Shown here one piece after another: positions 11,532 to 23,338 of a stretch of DNA of 39,021 nucleotides. The DNA is taken from assembly GCF_001194135.2 (NCBI RefSeq), contig NC_068995.1, positions 34,256,196-34,295,216 of the forward strand. Direction: 5' to 3'. Within the stretch, counting starts at the first letter, position 1. Each line of letters starts with the position of its first letter. The notes below the pieces were generated by a model. That model was not told where the DNA came from and searched no databases. It saw nothing but the letters and a program-made list of their open reading frames with translations. Made by a program: the position numbers and the translations under genes. Origin of the DNA: Octopus bimaculoides (Eukaryota).

Positions 11532-12445
11532 ATGAAACAGGGACAGCTCACGAAGGGGTAGACTCTTTATGTTGCATGTCTCGTTTCTCTGTTTCTTTTT
11601 CGTTGTTCGAAAAATAGTTCGTTTTCTATGTTTTCGTTTCTCATTGTGTTTAACGTTTTTTTTATGTCCTGTACCCATTTATGCACGTATGTATACATAT
11701 AGATGTAGGTATGTACATATATGTATGGATATGTGCATATATTAATATACTATTTATATCATTATATGATCGAACGCCACGTATCCTTTTCCAAGTGAGT
11801 TTTATCTTAATAATTACGATGCACACTCTTCTACTATCTCTTCTCTGTCTATCTCTCTCCCTCTCTCCCTCTCTTGTTCTTCATCCTTTATGTTTTTCGC
11901 TTCCACTCTTTCCCTATTCTTCTCTCCGTGCCTTTTCCTGTCTCCTCATGTCTCGTCTACCTAGCGTTCATAATAATGTTCCTATGGTCTTGGCTCAACA
12001 GCCCTCACCGTTTGTTTTTACTGTCTTGTTCTCACTGTCCTGTTCTTGTTAACACTTACACCCTCCACAAAAAGTCAAAAATTTTATTTAATTTGCTTTG
12101 CGGGAAGGACTGTTTCAACGAAGTCGCGTATTGTCCTTGCCTTCGAAACGCGGAGTAGATGGAACAGGGACAACTGACGAAGGGGTGTACTCTTGATGTT
12201 GCATGTCTCGTTTCTCTGTTTCTTTCTTTCGTTGTTCGAAAAAAAGTTCGTTTTCTATGTTTTCGTTTTATGTTTTCGTTTCTCATTGTGTTTAACGGGT
12301 TTTTTTTATGTCCTGTACCCATATATGCATGTATGTATACATATATATGTAGGTATGTACATATATGTATGGATATATGCATATATTTATATATTATTTA
12401 TATTTTTATATAATCGAACGCCACGCATCTTTTTCGAAGTAAGTA
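11532..12445 (+). mobile_element. Non-coding partial tandem repeat (about 1.4 units of ~630 bp), pLTR/retrozyme-like, inserted in (TA)n
   Basis: 11532-11800 is a diverged direct repeat of 12159-12444 (offset 627 at the start). TA repeats on both flanks; contains a hammerhead core; no ORF. Confidence 0.75.
12124..12185 (+). ncRNA. Putative hammerhead ribozyme with non-circularly permuted strand order
   Basis: Stem III UCGCGU 12124-12129 / ACGCGG 12148-12153; cleavage triplet GUA (A12130); stem I UUGUCC 12131-12136 / GGACAA 12168-12173; GAA 12145-12147; CUGACGA 12174-12180; extra A 12181; stem II CUUC 12141-12144 / GGGG 12182-12185. Confidence 0.7.
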
Positions 12446-12629
12446 AATATATATATATCGGTACTTATTTGATCGATTCTGCGCTTGAAAGTATATAGAA
12501 CACATTTGTCCATTAGTCTCTATGGCAGATCAACGGGAAAGAAGGATGATCATATCTTTTAATGCGTTATAATTAATTGAAAAATCAAAACAATGCTAGA
12601 TAAATGTATTACAGCAAGCCATATCGTAA

Positions 12630-13643
12630 TTTTACTTAACAGTAAGAAAAAGCAGGAGAATTGAGAATGTGCAGTATAGAGATATGCCGAAATGGCATAT
12701 GAACTTAAAGAGGAGGGAGCCGAGGTAATCATCCATTCAGTAAGATTTTCATTCAGTTCTCCAAGAGACATTCCAACTTTCTGCTGAAAAACAATTATAT
12801 AGATGCGTCAGTACAAAAGGGGGGCATACTCGGGATCCCTATACACAGGTGTGCTGACCCAGCTCATCAGGGAAACAAGAAAAGGAAAAGAGGGCCTTGC
12901 TCTACTTGGGCCAGATCTGACCAATGCCTATGTGTCAGTACCATACAAGCTGATCGAGGTTACATTAGAAACATCATATACCACACCATATATAGGACTA
13001 TATAGACTATAACACCAACTTCAGTTCGAGGGTTTTCTCTGGTCAGCTGACATCTGACTGATATTTGCCAAAAGTGAGGATAATTACCAACTACATCATT
13101 GGGGTGTCCTTCCTTTGCATTTTTGGTAACGAACATGCTGGGCCAAGTCAGCAAAGGAAATTTGGGATCACTTCAGCAACTCGGGTGAGACAACTATCAA
13201 TCTGATCTTTAATGGATGACCTCACAATAAACAACAAAAGTACGGGATGCCAAGTGAAGCCCCCGGAAGTTAGGGAATCTCGTAGCGTGGATGGAAATAT
13301 GTTCAAACCCGGAAACCCTTAGTGTATGGTTTTGAAGAAAGGGAAGATTACTAACAAATTACGCTTGAAAATGAATGAAGACCAGACCCTATTTGTTTCA
13401 GAGAATACCGGTGAAGAAACCTGAAAAAGTCTTCAATTTGAAGGACAGAGATTCACTAGAGCTGACTTACACGACTGATTGAGAACTCTAGACAAGTTTG
13501 CGTTACCAAGAAGATTCAAGACCCTGGCCTACTGGAACAGGTTCCTCTGAATACATTTCTGGCCTCTGCTTATCTATGAAATCCCCATTACTGTAGCAGA
13601 AGACCTTGAACGTAAGGTAAGCAAACATCTTCACAGATGGCTC
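12630..13643 (+). pseudogene. Decayed reverse transcriptase of a Hero/R2-like (RLE) non-LTR retrotransposon
   Basis: KIF..FSKR..NFLLKNNYIDASVQKGGILGIP, GVLTQLIRE, DLTNAYVSVPYKLIE, MDDLT (catalytic), MFKPG...VLKKGK and WPLLIYEIPITVAEDLERKVSKHLHRWL, with stops and frameshifts. Family call is from recalled Hero-type motifs. Confidence 0.85.
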
Positions 13644-13644
13644 A

Positions 13645-13840
13645 TTAGCTTGCACCTGCCAACAAATCAACATTGTCTGAACAGACGCACAGTGAACCAA
13701 AGATCATGCGTCGAAAAGATCACAGGGAAACATGATATGCATTGCTTTGCTCAAGAACATAGCTTGCACCTCGGTTTAGGAATTGAAACCATGATCTCGG
13801 GATCGTGAGTGCAACACATTAATCACAAGGCCATGCGCCC
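13645..13840 (-). mobile_element. tRNA-derived SINE, family C
   Basis: Minus strand GGGCGCATGGCCTTGTGATTAATGTGTTGCACTCACGATCCCGAGATCATGGTTTCAATTCC (tRNA-like head with A/B boxes), followed by TGTTCTTGAGCAAAGCA (CORE-like). 3' limit approximate. Confidence 0.65.
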
Positions 13841-14084
13841 TCGACAAAAGTTGTGAATATTGTTTATCAGTTCAAAATACAACTTGAAGTTACTTAAGTG
13901 TATCAAAAGGTATGGAAGTTAAAACATACACGATAAGGTTTAAAAATCAACAAAAAGAAACACGGTATTTCATACTAAATTACGAGGAGAGACAAGATAC
14001 TTTCACTACCATTCCTTAGTTAACGTATTCTTTACAATTTGGTACCAATTCCTTATTAAAAATTGAACCTTTCAATGAAATAAA

Positions 14085-14145
14085 TATCGATTTCAAATTT
14101 TAGCACACAGCCAGTTCGAGGGAGGGAATAAGTCAATTACATCGA
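14085..14145 (-). mobile_element. 3' fragment of SINE family A
   Basis: TATCGATTTCAAATTTTAGCACACAGCCAG...AAGTCAATTACATCG matches the 3' tail of 821-1034 and 19318-19532. Confidence 0.7.
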
Positions 14146-14710
14146 AAATTAAACATCTCCCAATACATCGCATGTAACTTCGGAAATAAAATTCTATTTG
14201 ATCTTGCACACAAACCAGATACAACGACATATCTTGTAGGCAAAAATTTCTTCAAACTGATCGATATGCTCTTCTTTTAATGAGGCGATACACTTCTCTA
14301 CAGAAGATAATCTTGAAGAAAATGTTAAGCCCGTTTTCAACGGTCTTCATAAAACTAATTTTAGTTTTTGCTACAAGTTGCAATTCCGCATGACAGTACT
14401 AATATAAGATTAAGACAGCACTAATTACGCTACGACTTCAACCCGCTGTTGAGCCATTCAAACCCTGTTTGCACTACACATTTTAATTATCTCATATTAA
14501 AACAAATTTTGAATGATTATTTCATGTTGCACGTCTTTGTTCTAATATCTTTTATAAGAACCTGCTGCGTTCCACAGGGAAAATTCAACAACTGTGTGCT
14601 GAAGTCGTTTCAGCTACTTGGCTGAAATTGAAAAAGAACAATAATGTTGATAATATTATCAACAAATACAAACAATTGTGATGCGAAAATAACTATGAGA
14701 TATTGATTTC

Positions 14711-14746
<36 letters not shown>

Positions 14747-14864
14747 TTGATAAAAGAGTTCTTCTTTATAATTGAAGCCGCTTATAACCAATTAATTTCA
14801 AACTCAGTATGTTTATTTTAATAATATTAGTTTTTAAAATTTACATTAAAAATTATCTCATCAT

Positions 14865-15323
14865 AGACGCAGGCGTGGCTGTGTGGTAAGAGGCTTGCTT
14901 CCCAACTAGATGGTCCCGAGTTCAGTCCCACTGCGTGGAACCTTGGGTAAGTGTCTTCTACTATAGCCTCGGGCTGACTAGAGCCTTGTGAGTGGATTTG
15001 GCAGACGGAAACTGAAAGCCCGTCATGTACACACACATGCACACACATACACACACACATACACACGCACACACACACACACATACGTACATGTCTGCGT
15101 GTGTGCGTCTTTGTGTCTGTGTTTGTCCCCCCACCTGACAACCGGTGTTGATGTGTTTATGTCCCCATAACTTAGCGGTTCGGCAAAAAGAAACCGATAG
15201 AGTTAGTACCTAGCTTAAAACAAATTAAGTCCTGGGATTGCTTCATCCGACTAAAAATTCTTTAAGGTGGTGCCCCAGCATGGCCGCAGTCAAATGACTG
15301 AAACAAGTAAAAGATAAAAGATA
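14865..15323 (+). mobile_element. tRNA-derived SINE family B, full length with internal (CA)n/(TG)n
   Basis: Head GCAGGCGTGGCTGTGTGGTAAG...GAGTTCAGTCCCAC; CORE-like ACCTTGGGTAAGTGTCTTC; microsatellite; tail ending GACTGAAACAAGTAAAAGATAAAAGA. Confidence 0.88.
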
Positions 15324-16125
15324 GAAGAGCAAGACAGAATTGGTATTGCAATGAGTTTCACACATAAGCTTAGAAGAAATATGATGTTGCCCATAATAGT
15401 TATACCTCTCTGAGACGCATTTGTGACATAAAATCAGTTAAAAGGCTTTTAACCAGGAAACGAAATCGCATCAGTGGTATGTTTTACAAAAATATCATAA
15501 CTTGTTTGTGGTGTGCTTATCTAGGAGAACAAAATACTATTGGTTCGGTGTTGAAAATCGCAACATAGCAATAAAATATTGTATCAGGCAAGTGATCTAA
15601 TTTGTATCTCGGTTCACACTAATTGCATTATTAATGGTTTTGATAAAAGCAAGAAAGTTGTACAGTATCATTCCCGTTAGTAATAAATATAAGGAGTTGT
15701 TCCTATGTATAAAAGCACTATTGATTTGTTGGATGGGTGAGATGGGGAGAGTTGCAATGGCCAAGTGGATGATAGTGATGTCCTTGCAATGAAAAGTTTA
15801 TAACTTTGCATCTTATCATTGTGAATTGTTAGAGTGGAAAACAGACTCTTTCTGTGCCGATTATCAGCCATTAGAACTAATAAAACTCAATATGTTGAAA
15901 TGGATAATATAAAGGACTACCAGATCTTAGTGTCAAGTTTAAATTTCATTTAAGAATTTTTTTGCTGCTGTTTATTGTTTTACTCTGATATCAAAAATTA
16001 GCAAACTTTGAGCAAAGGATTTCTGGGCTATGACCATCCGTTCTTTATATAAGTCAAAACGTAGCTAGGATGACATTACCCAAAGTGAAATTTCTGTTGT
16101 AAGTCGATAGACTGTGATTGAAGAG

Positions 16126-16133
16126 AGAGAGCG

Positions 16134-16213
<80 letters not shown>
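16126..16213. repeat. (GA)n microsatellite
   Basis: Direct reading. Confidence 0.97.
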
Positions 16214-16215
<2 letters not shown>

Positions 16216-16723
16216 GGTATTTGGCTGCTATTTCTTGTAGATAGAGTAACCATACTGAAATACTTTTGCTCGCTGGAGCACAAGGACGTTTTATTTCGAA
16301 ATAGATGGAAATGTTAAATGAAGTTTTGGGGAATCGATAGACGATAATCTGGGAAATTGTAACTAAGATTCATTAATGTCAAATAAGAAACACTATGTAA
16401 TATGCAAACTATATGCACACTCATGCCGCATATACGCACAATCACAGACACAAACAAATACACGTACATGTGTGTATATATATATGTGTGTATGCATGTG
16501 TGCATGCATTATATTTGTATTATGTATGTATGTTTGCATATGTATGTATATATGTGTGTCATTTGGAGTGAGATATATTTGAACTGTATGTAATGCAAAT
16601 TTCAAGCNNNNNNNNNNATATATATATATATATATATAAAGAATAAAAAGTTTTGAATGGTACAACAATGCACTATAATACAAAAAAATGGACTATATAC
16701 CTGTTGTAATTTAGTTATCCATA

Positions 16724-16776
16724 GTCCGATGATATTTCGGAATACAATTCCTTCTTCAGATATTATTAGATGGAGT
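16724..16776 (-). ncRNA. Minimal type I hammerhead motif in the inverted pLTR
   Basis: Reverse complement of the 17524-17577 motif: CUGAAGA-A-GGAAU-UGU-AUUCC-GAAA-UAUC. Confidence 0.6.
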
Positions 16777-17523
16777 CGCTGCTATAATCGGTTTTGCAAC
16801 GGCTTTTCTTTTTTCTTTTCCGAAGAGCCATAAGAAGAGAAACGCTAGACATACAACTAGCACACTCCGGCCCCTCTCTGAGAGGACACCTCGCAAAGAA
16901 ACGAACAAGGGACAACAATCAATGCACACTAAAAAATTGTCCCATCTGTGACACAGATTTATGCCAACGAGTATAGAATACAATGTAACAAATGCAACAA
17001 GTTCTATGTGGGTAGCACAACAAGACCGTTACATGTCCACATCAAAGGACATCTGAACACGAGAGCCTCCTCCTTCAGAAAACATCTAAATACATGCTGG
17101 AGCACCGACAAAAGCATAACAGTCACAATTGAGGCCAATGAGAGAAATTTGGGTAATTTAAGAATTAAGGAAGCTATGCTCAAACACAGACTAGGACCCC
17201 AAATTAACAACAGGCTGGAGGTTGGTAATCAATATATTATTTAGCTACATCTGGATCCGTATAGGTTCCTTTTTGATATGCTCATCTATTGTTTATAACA
17301 AAAAAAAAAAGAGAGAAGAGGAAAAAAAGGGAAAACAAAAAAGGAAGCTGCAAGTATAATACATAACTTAGAAGCAGCGCTACAGATGTACCAACACACA
17401 CGAGATTGAAACATAGCCGACCTCACGCACTTCTCATGAGGAATTCCGGAAGGAGCTTCGTGAGATCACCGCTGAGACACTTCCGAAAAAAGAAAAGCCG
17501 TTGGAAAACCGATTATAGCAGCA

Positions 17524-17577
17524 ACTCCATCTAAGAATATCTGAAGAAGGAATTGTATTCCGAAATATCATCGGAGT
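17524..17577 (+). ncRNA. Minimal type I hammerhead motif in the 3' pLTR
   Basis: CUGAAGA 17541-17547, extra A, perfect stem II GGAAU/AUUCC, GAAA 17562-17565, palindromic AUAU stem III, AUC cleavage triplet. Stem I has only 2 proximal bp plus distal ACUCC/GGAGU. Confidence 0.62.
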
Positions 17578-17702
17578 ATGGATAACTAAATTACAACAGG
17601 TATATAGTCCATTTTTTGTATTATGGTGCATTGTTGTACCATTGAAAACGTTTTATTCTTTACAAGCAATACACAATGCTTCAAGCGAACTACAATACTC
17701 TC

Positions 17703-17705
17703 TTA

Positions 17706-17768
<63 letters not shown>

Positions 17769-17795
17769 ATTTATATATATCTATATATATATAGA
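17703..17795. repeat. (TATC)n/(TA)n microsatellite
   Basis: Direct reading. Confidence 0.95.
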
Positions 17796-18041
17796 GAGAG
17801 AGTTAAGTTAGAGGTTATAACAACTGTCTAAGGGATACTTGTAACCAGTGAATTAACTGGTGTCTTACCTATATGTGAATAGGAGTATTATGAGTATTAG
17901 TATTAATGCTCATAAACGATAGGTAAGGACAATAATAAACCGAAGTTTATCTATGTTTAAGGAAAAAAGAAAAATGGAGATAAAATCGATGTTTATCAAT
18001 TATCAATTTTATCTCCGTTTTCTTTCCTTACNNNNNNNNNN

Positions 18042-18069
<28 letters not shown>

Positions 18070-18076
<7 letters not shown>

Positions 18077-19900
18077 CTAAGCCTTATAAAAAATGGAATA
18101 AACTTTTAGAATATTGCACCAACCCTAAAATCCGCCCCGACTTGAAAGATCTTATTAAAGATACGGAATTTTGCAGAAAATTTCGTTTGCAAGAATTTTT
18201 CCAGAAAAGGATTATGAATGTCTATTACTATAAAACAAAACGGGATTAAATCTCTGATGAACAGGAATACGCACTGAAAAAAAATATCTAACCTGTTTTA
18301 AAAAAGATCAGTGAACTCCGTCATTGCAACAAATCGTACAAAATCAAACATCGCAAAGGAAGAGCAAAATACATTGGAATGTCTACATAAAAAATGAGTA
18401 ATTAAAGAATTAGAAAGAGGAAAAATTATTGTAATAACAGAAATAACTTATAATACAAAATAGTTTTAGAACAAGTAAATGATAGCATTTCTACTCCAAA
18501 TTGGAAATACACACCAATAAATACTGAAAATGAAATAGGAAATTAATAAATTTAAAAAGCAAATTAACAGAAGTCAAATAATCAAATTTTAAAGTAAAAC
18601 AAGTAGCTTGTATGGACTTCCGGAATTTCACAACGCTATTGCAATCCAAAAAGACGTACAGTTCCATATGTCATACTTAAAGATCTCCAAAACGATTTAA
18701 AATTAGATCCTGTTATTGTTTAAAATAACAAGCACGCAAAGATTAAGCAATGTGCATCACATCATTTTGAAACCATTATGCAAATTCGTTTCAGAGATGA
18801 CAGGGATTTTAATAATCATATTCCAGAAATTTTTAGATGACTGTTTTATACTTCCGGACCGAAATAAAGAAAATCTTACAAGATTTGAGAATTAATCAAA
18901 ACTATAAAATTCATTAATTCATCAAATTCTCAATGAAACTGAATGAAAAGGAATTTATTTCTACTTTTAAATATTCTAATAATGAAGGAAAATGATATCA
19001 TTACAAATGATCTCTACTGCTAAGACACAGATATACACCAGTACTTAAACTTTAGACCTTGCCTCCAGTTCACATAAAAAAAAAACAAAAAAAACATAAC
19101 GCATTAAACATGCCAAAACGAATATATGCGAGACAGACAACTAAAAATATTCAACCAGAGGTAAAAATTTCCGAAAGACTTAAGTAATTCGGTAACTAAT
19201 GATAAACAGTTCCCAAATCCTGAATTACGAAGAATCTCTCATAATCAGAAATATTCCATTTGTATATACCTTCAACCCCAGAAATCACAGTGGCTCTTAA
19301 ATCAGATGAAGAAATATCGATTTCAAGTTTTGGCACAAGGCTAGCAATTTTGGGGAAGGGCATAAGTTGATTGCATGGATCCCAGTGCTCAACTGATACT
19401 TATTTGATCAATCTAAAAAGCATGAAAAATAAAGTCGACCTCGGCGGCGTTTAAACTCAGAACGTACAGACAGACGAAATGAAGCTAACCATTTTGTCCG
19501 GTGCGCTAACAATTCTGCCAGCTCACCGCCTTTGGATGAACAAATATTACATGTAACAAAAAATGTGATAGCCTTTGTTTCGGAACAGTGATTTTGTTGA
19601 ACAATTCAAAAGCTTTAAGAAAAAAAAAGAATTCAAAGTTAATGCAAATATGAATTGCAAAATAAAAAAGAAAATATACATTACGGCATTATATGTTCAA
19701 AATCCAATATATTAGTAAAACAGAAACAAAATGAATCGAGTTAACGTACATAAAAAAACAAATCAAACATCCGTCTGTTACGAAGGTTATATGTAATAAA
19801 AGTTAGACATCCGTGAGATTGGGGAATTTATAATATTCTCTTTTTCTAAATATAAGAAGAAAATAAACATTAGGAAAAAACCTCAGAAGAATATTTTTTC
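18070..19900 (+). mobile_element. Heavily decayed Penelope-like (Neptune-type) element
   Basis: DLKDLIKDTEFCRKFRLQEFF (PLE N-terminus), YGLPEFH (YGLPKIH-like), LDDCFI at ~18833-18850, NDLYC*DTDIHQYLNF, IPFVYTFNPRN and NMNCK...YISKTE...RVNVHK..IKHP (GIY-YIG); many stops and frameshifts. Confidence 0.8.
19318..19532 (-). mobile_element. SINE family A nested in the Penelope-like remnant, with 13-bp TSD
   Basis: Homologous to 821-1034. GATGAAGAAATAT (19305-19317) and GATGAACAAATAT (19535-19547) flank it. Confidence 0.88.
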
Positions 19901-20323
19901 AACGGAGAGTAAAACTGGAGATAGTGACAACTGCTACTGAATACAGTTACTACTATACAATTAACAACAGAGAAAATTTTAGTTTAAATCATATGTCTAA
20001 AAACTGAAAAAGCGAAAGTGTTTGCACACAGAAATCCTCTTCCATCAGATATATATCAATTCATGTTTGTGAAGACACATTTTTAAAGATATTTTTTTAT
20101 AAATATTTTTCAAGCACACACATACACACACATACACACATACATGAATATGTATGTACCTATTTGTATATATACTTGTAAGTATATACTTATATATATA
20201 TTTAGTAGGAGTTATATGTACTATTTAAAACAGTTTAATTCAGTTACATGCAACTTAAAGTTTTGTGGGCCTCTAACGGAAACTTGTCTCTTTCAGGCTT
20301 TGGCCAAATAAAAGTGTTTTAAA

Positions 20324-20360
<37 letters not shown>

Positions 20361-21179
20361 NNNNNNNNNNNNNNNNNNNNNNNNNNNNNNNNNNNNNNNN
20401 NNNNNNNNNNNNNNNNNNNNNNNNNNNNNNNNNNNNNNNNNNNNNNNNNNNNNNNNNNNNNNNNNNNNNNNNNNNNNNNNNNNNNNNNNNNNNNNNNNNN
20501 NNNNNNNNNNNNNNNNNNNNNNNNNNNNNNNNNNNNNNNNNNNNNNNNNNNNNNNNNNNNNNNNNNNNNNNNNNNNNNNNNNNNNNNNNNNNNNNNNNNN
20601 NNNNNNNNNNNNNNNNNNNNNNNNNNNNNNNNNNNNNNNNNNNNNNNNNNNNNNNNNNNNNNNNNNNNNNNNNNNNNNNNNNNNNNNNNNNNNNNNNNNN
20701 NNNNNNNNNNNNNNNNNNNNNNNNNNNNNNNNNNNNNNNNNNNNNNNNNNNNNNNNNNNNNNNNNNNNNNNNNNNNNNNNNNNNNNNNNNNNNNNNNNNN
20801 NNNNNNNNNNNNNNNNNNNNNNNNNNNNNNNNNNNNNNNNNNNNNNNNNNNNNNNNNNNNNNNNNNNNNNNNNNNNNNNNNNNNNNNNNNNNNNNNNNNN
20901 NNNNNNNNNNNNNNNNNNNNNNNNNNNNNNNNNNNNNNNNNNNNNNNNNNNNNNNNNNNNNNNNNNNNNNNNNNNNNNNNNNNNNNNNNNNNNNNNNNNN
21001 NNNNNNNNNNNNNNNNNNNNNNNNNNNNNNNNNNNNNNNNNNNNNNNNNNNNNNNNNNNNNNNNNNNNNNNNNNNNNNNNNNNNNNNNNNNNNNNACTCA
21101 TGAGTTGATATGTAAAAGGAAAATAAGACAAGGTAGAAAATGCTAAAATAATTTTATTATGAAATACATTTTGCAATGG

Positions 21180-21217
21180 TTAGTACCAGTTTCTGTCTTT
21201 TCGACGTTTTCAACTAA
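21180..21217 (-). ncRNA. Decayed minimal hammerhead at the 3' end of the minus PLE arm
   Basis: UUAG-UUGAAAA-CGUC-GAAAA-GACA-GAAA-CUGGUA-CUAA: stem I UUAG/CUAA, core two transitions from CUGAAGA, stem II GUC/GAC, GUA triplet. Confidence 0.5.
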
Positions 21218-23211
21218 GAGTAAAACAAAGATGGGTATTGATTAAGAAGAAAAACAATTAAATTGAAGAAAAAAATTAAATGGAATCTTTTGTAAATATT
21301 TCCAGAGTTTTCAAATAAGTAGGACATTTTCCTTTTATCTGCCTGCCCCTCTTATCGTTAGGTAGGTAATGGCAGATCTGAAAAGTTGTGCTTATGGGTG
21401 CAAAGATATATTTGGTTTTGAAGCTTGATGGTTTAAGCAGCAGCAGCCGAAGAAGGAGAGGGCAAAGAAGAAGAAGATCTATGTAGATCATCCTGTTGCG
21501 TAGACTGTCTTTAATTTGCTCAATGTATTACTCACAACACCCTGAGCAAGTTAACACATATATCAGGTTTTCCGAAGTACATGTGAAGTTGGTTTCCACT
21601 GTAGAATGTTGACCCATTTTGAAGGAGAACTCTGATCCTTCAATTAGGTTGACACATATACCACAGTTAGGTCTTCCGTATTTCTTCTACTATCGATATC
21701 GATGTTATTGACGAGTGTACCGGGGGTTGTGTTAGAATACTTTTCATTGACTTGGGCCGTCTTTTGCTCTTTATGATGGTGTGCGTTTGGAGGATTTGAT
21801 TCATTCTATGGTCCCCTTTTAATAAAAGAATGTTTTGGAGGATGATGTTGAAGGTTTCATTGTTTAGGGAGTTGTGTGTGGATATGTTTGGTAGGGATTT
21901 TAGTCGTAATTCATTCTTTGCTCTGGGATGTCTGAGTTCGTGGACGTTGAGTTGTAAGGCACGTTGAAAACCTTTATCAATTATGATGTGGGTAATTCCT
22001 GCTGATGAGACTATCTTTTAGCTCATGTAGTCATGTGTCCCTGGTGCTTGTGTCAGATACTATAGTGCTAATTCTTTCGGCCAGGTTGAAAGGGATATTC
22101 CTTCTAGTGTGCCTGGGGTGGCATGAGTTGAACGGTAGATATTGCTTGGAATCCGTGGGCTTATAGTATATGTATGTTTCTATTTTGCTGTTGGATTTCT
22201 TAACGAGGATGTCGAGGAAAGGAAGTTGTTGATGGCTACATTTCATCGTAAATTGAATGTTTATGTCAAGCGCATTTAAAAGGGCTTGAAATTCTTTAAG
22301 TCTCTCTATACTTTCATGTTAAAGAATGAAGAAGTCATTTAGATATCTCTTCCAGTTATTTTCTATGTAGAGAGAGAATGGGTTTCCGTATTTTTAGTAC
22401 CTTACGATAAAGAGTGATTTTTTGGTATCCCATGACTAGGTTAGCAAAGGAGGGGGCCATTCTCGTACCCATCGCAGTCCCCGATTCATGTCGATAGAAA
22501 TTATCACTGAATACGAAGAAGTTATTTCCTAAACTGAACTTTAGCCCTTCTAACACGAATTCTTTTTTGATGCGGTGTGGGAGTTCATTGAAGTAATTCT
22601 CTAGCCAAAATTGGATTTCATCTATTCCAATGTTATAGAGGATATTAGAGTAAAGATTGACTTCGATGTAGTCAACCTATTTGAAGGGTCGGAGTTCTCC
22701 TTCAAACTTCACGTACTTCGGAAAACCTGATATATATGTTAACTTGCTCAGGGTGTCGAGAGTAATATATTGGTCAAACTAAAACAGTCTACGCTAGAAG
22801 ATGACCGTACATAAATCCCAGATTAAAATACGGGAATACAGAAAAATAACATTAAGTAAACACATCGATATTTGCGCCACCGATGAACAACCCAACATTA
22901 GAACTTCTCCTCTCTATAAATTTAGGGACAATGCAGCCTATAATCAGAGCTTTAGCAGATAATCATATCTTATTGCAAAATATAAATCTCTTTTGAATTC
23001 TTCCACCACAGCTGACAGTACTACAGGTTTCTTGGAATAACACCCACGGAAATATTAAAAACGATAGATATATTTAAAATAGTCGCTACCCAGGAATTTA
23101 GAACAGTTCCTACTATTACTGCCACTATAACCACAACAGGTCACTGTGAGGCCACTTGACTATTAAAGCAGATTTAACGGATAGCCTTTACTACTGGGTC
23201 ATAACACTCCC

Positions 23212-23338
23212 GTCTTCTTCTTCTTCTTCTTCTTCTTCTTCTTCTTCTTCTTCTTCTTCTTCTTCTTCTTCTTCTTCTTCTTCTTCTTCTTCTTCTTCTT
23301 CTTCTTCTTCTTCTTCTTCTTCTTCTTCTTCTTCTTCT
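23212..23338. repeat. (CTT)n microsatellite inside the PLE 3' UTR
   Basis: Direct reading; explains the poly-Ser ORF. Confidence 0.97.

Larger units (their letters stand above)
16637..17700 (+). mobile_element. 5'-truncated Penelope-like element with GIY-YIG endonuclease and inverted pseudo-LTRs
   Basis: Cys-rich linker CTLKNCPICDTDLC, then (frameshift) YRIQCNKCNKFYVGSTTRPLHVHIKGHL...RKH...IKEAML...PQIN (PLE GIY-YIG with CCHH). ~180-bp inverted repeats at 16637-16817 and 17481-17662, each with a hammerhead core. Flanked by (TA)n and (TATC)n. Confidence 0.9.

Noticed and set aside
18254-18285. CTGATGA...GAAA inside the PLE ORF
   Set aside because: No stem II, stem III or NUH site. Other lone CUGANGA words (~218, 2224, 5334, 7362, 12864, 22005, 28174) were rejected likewise.
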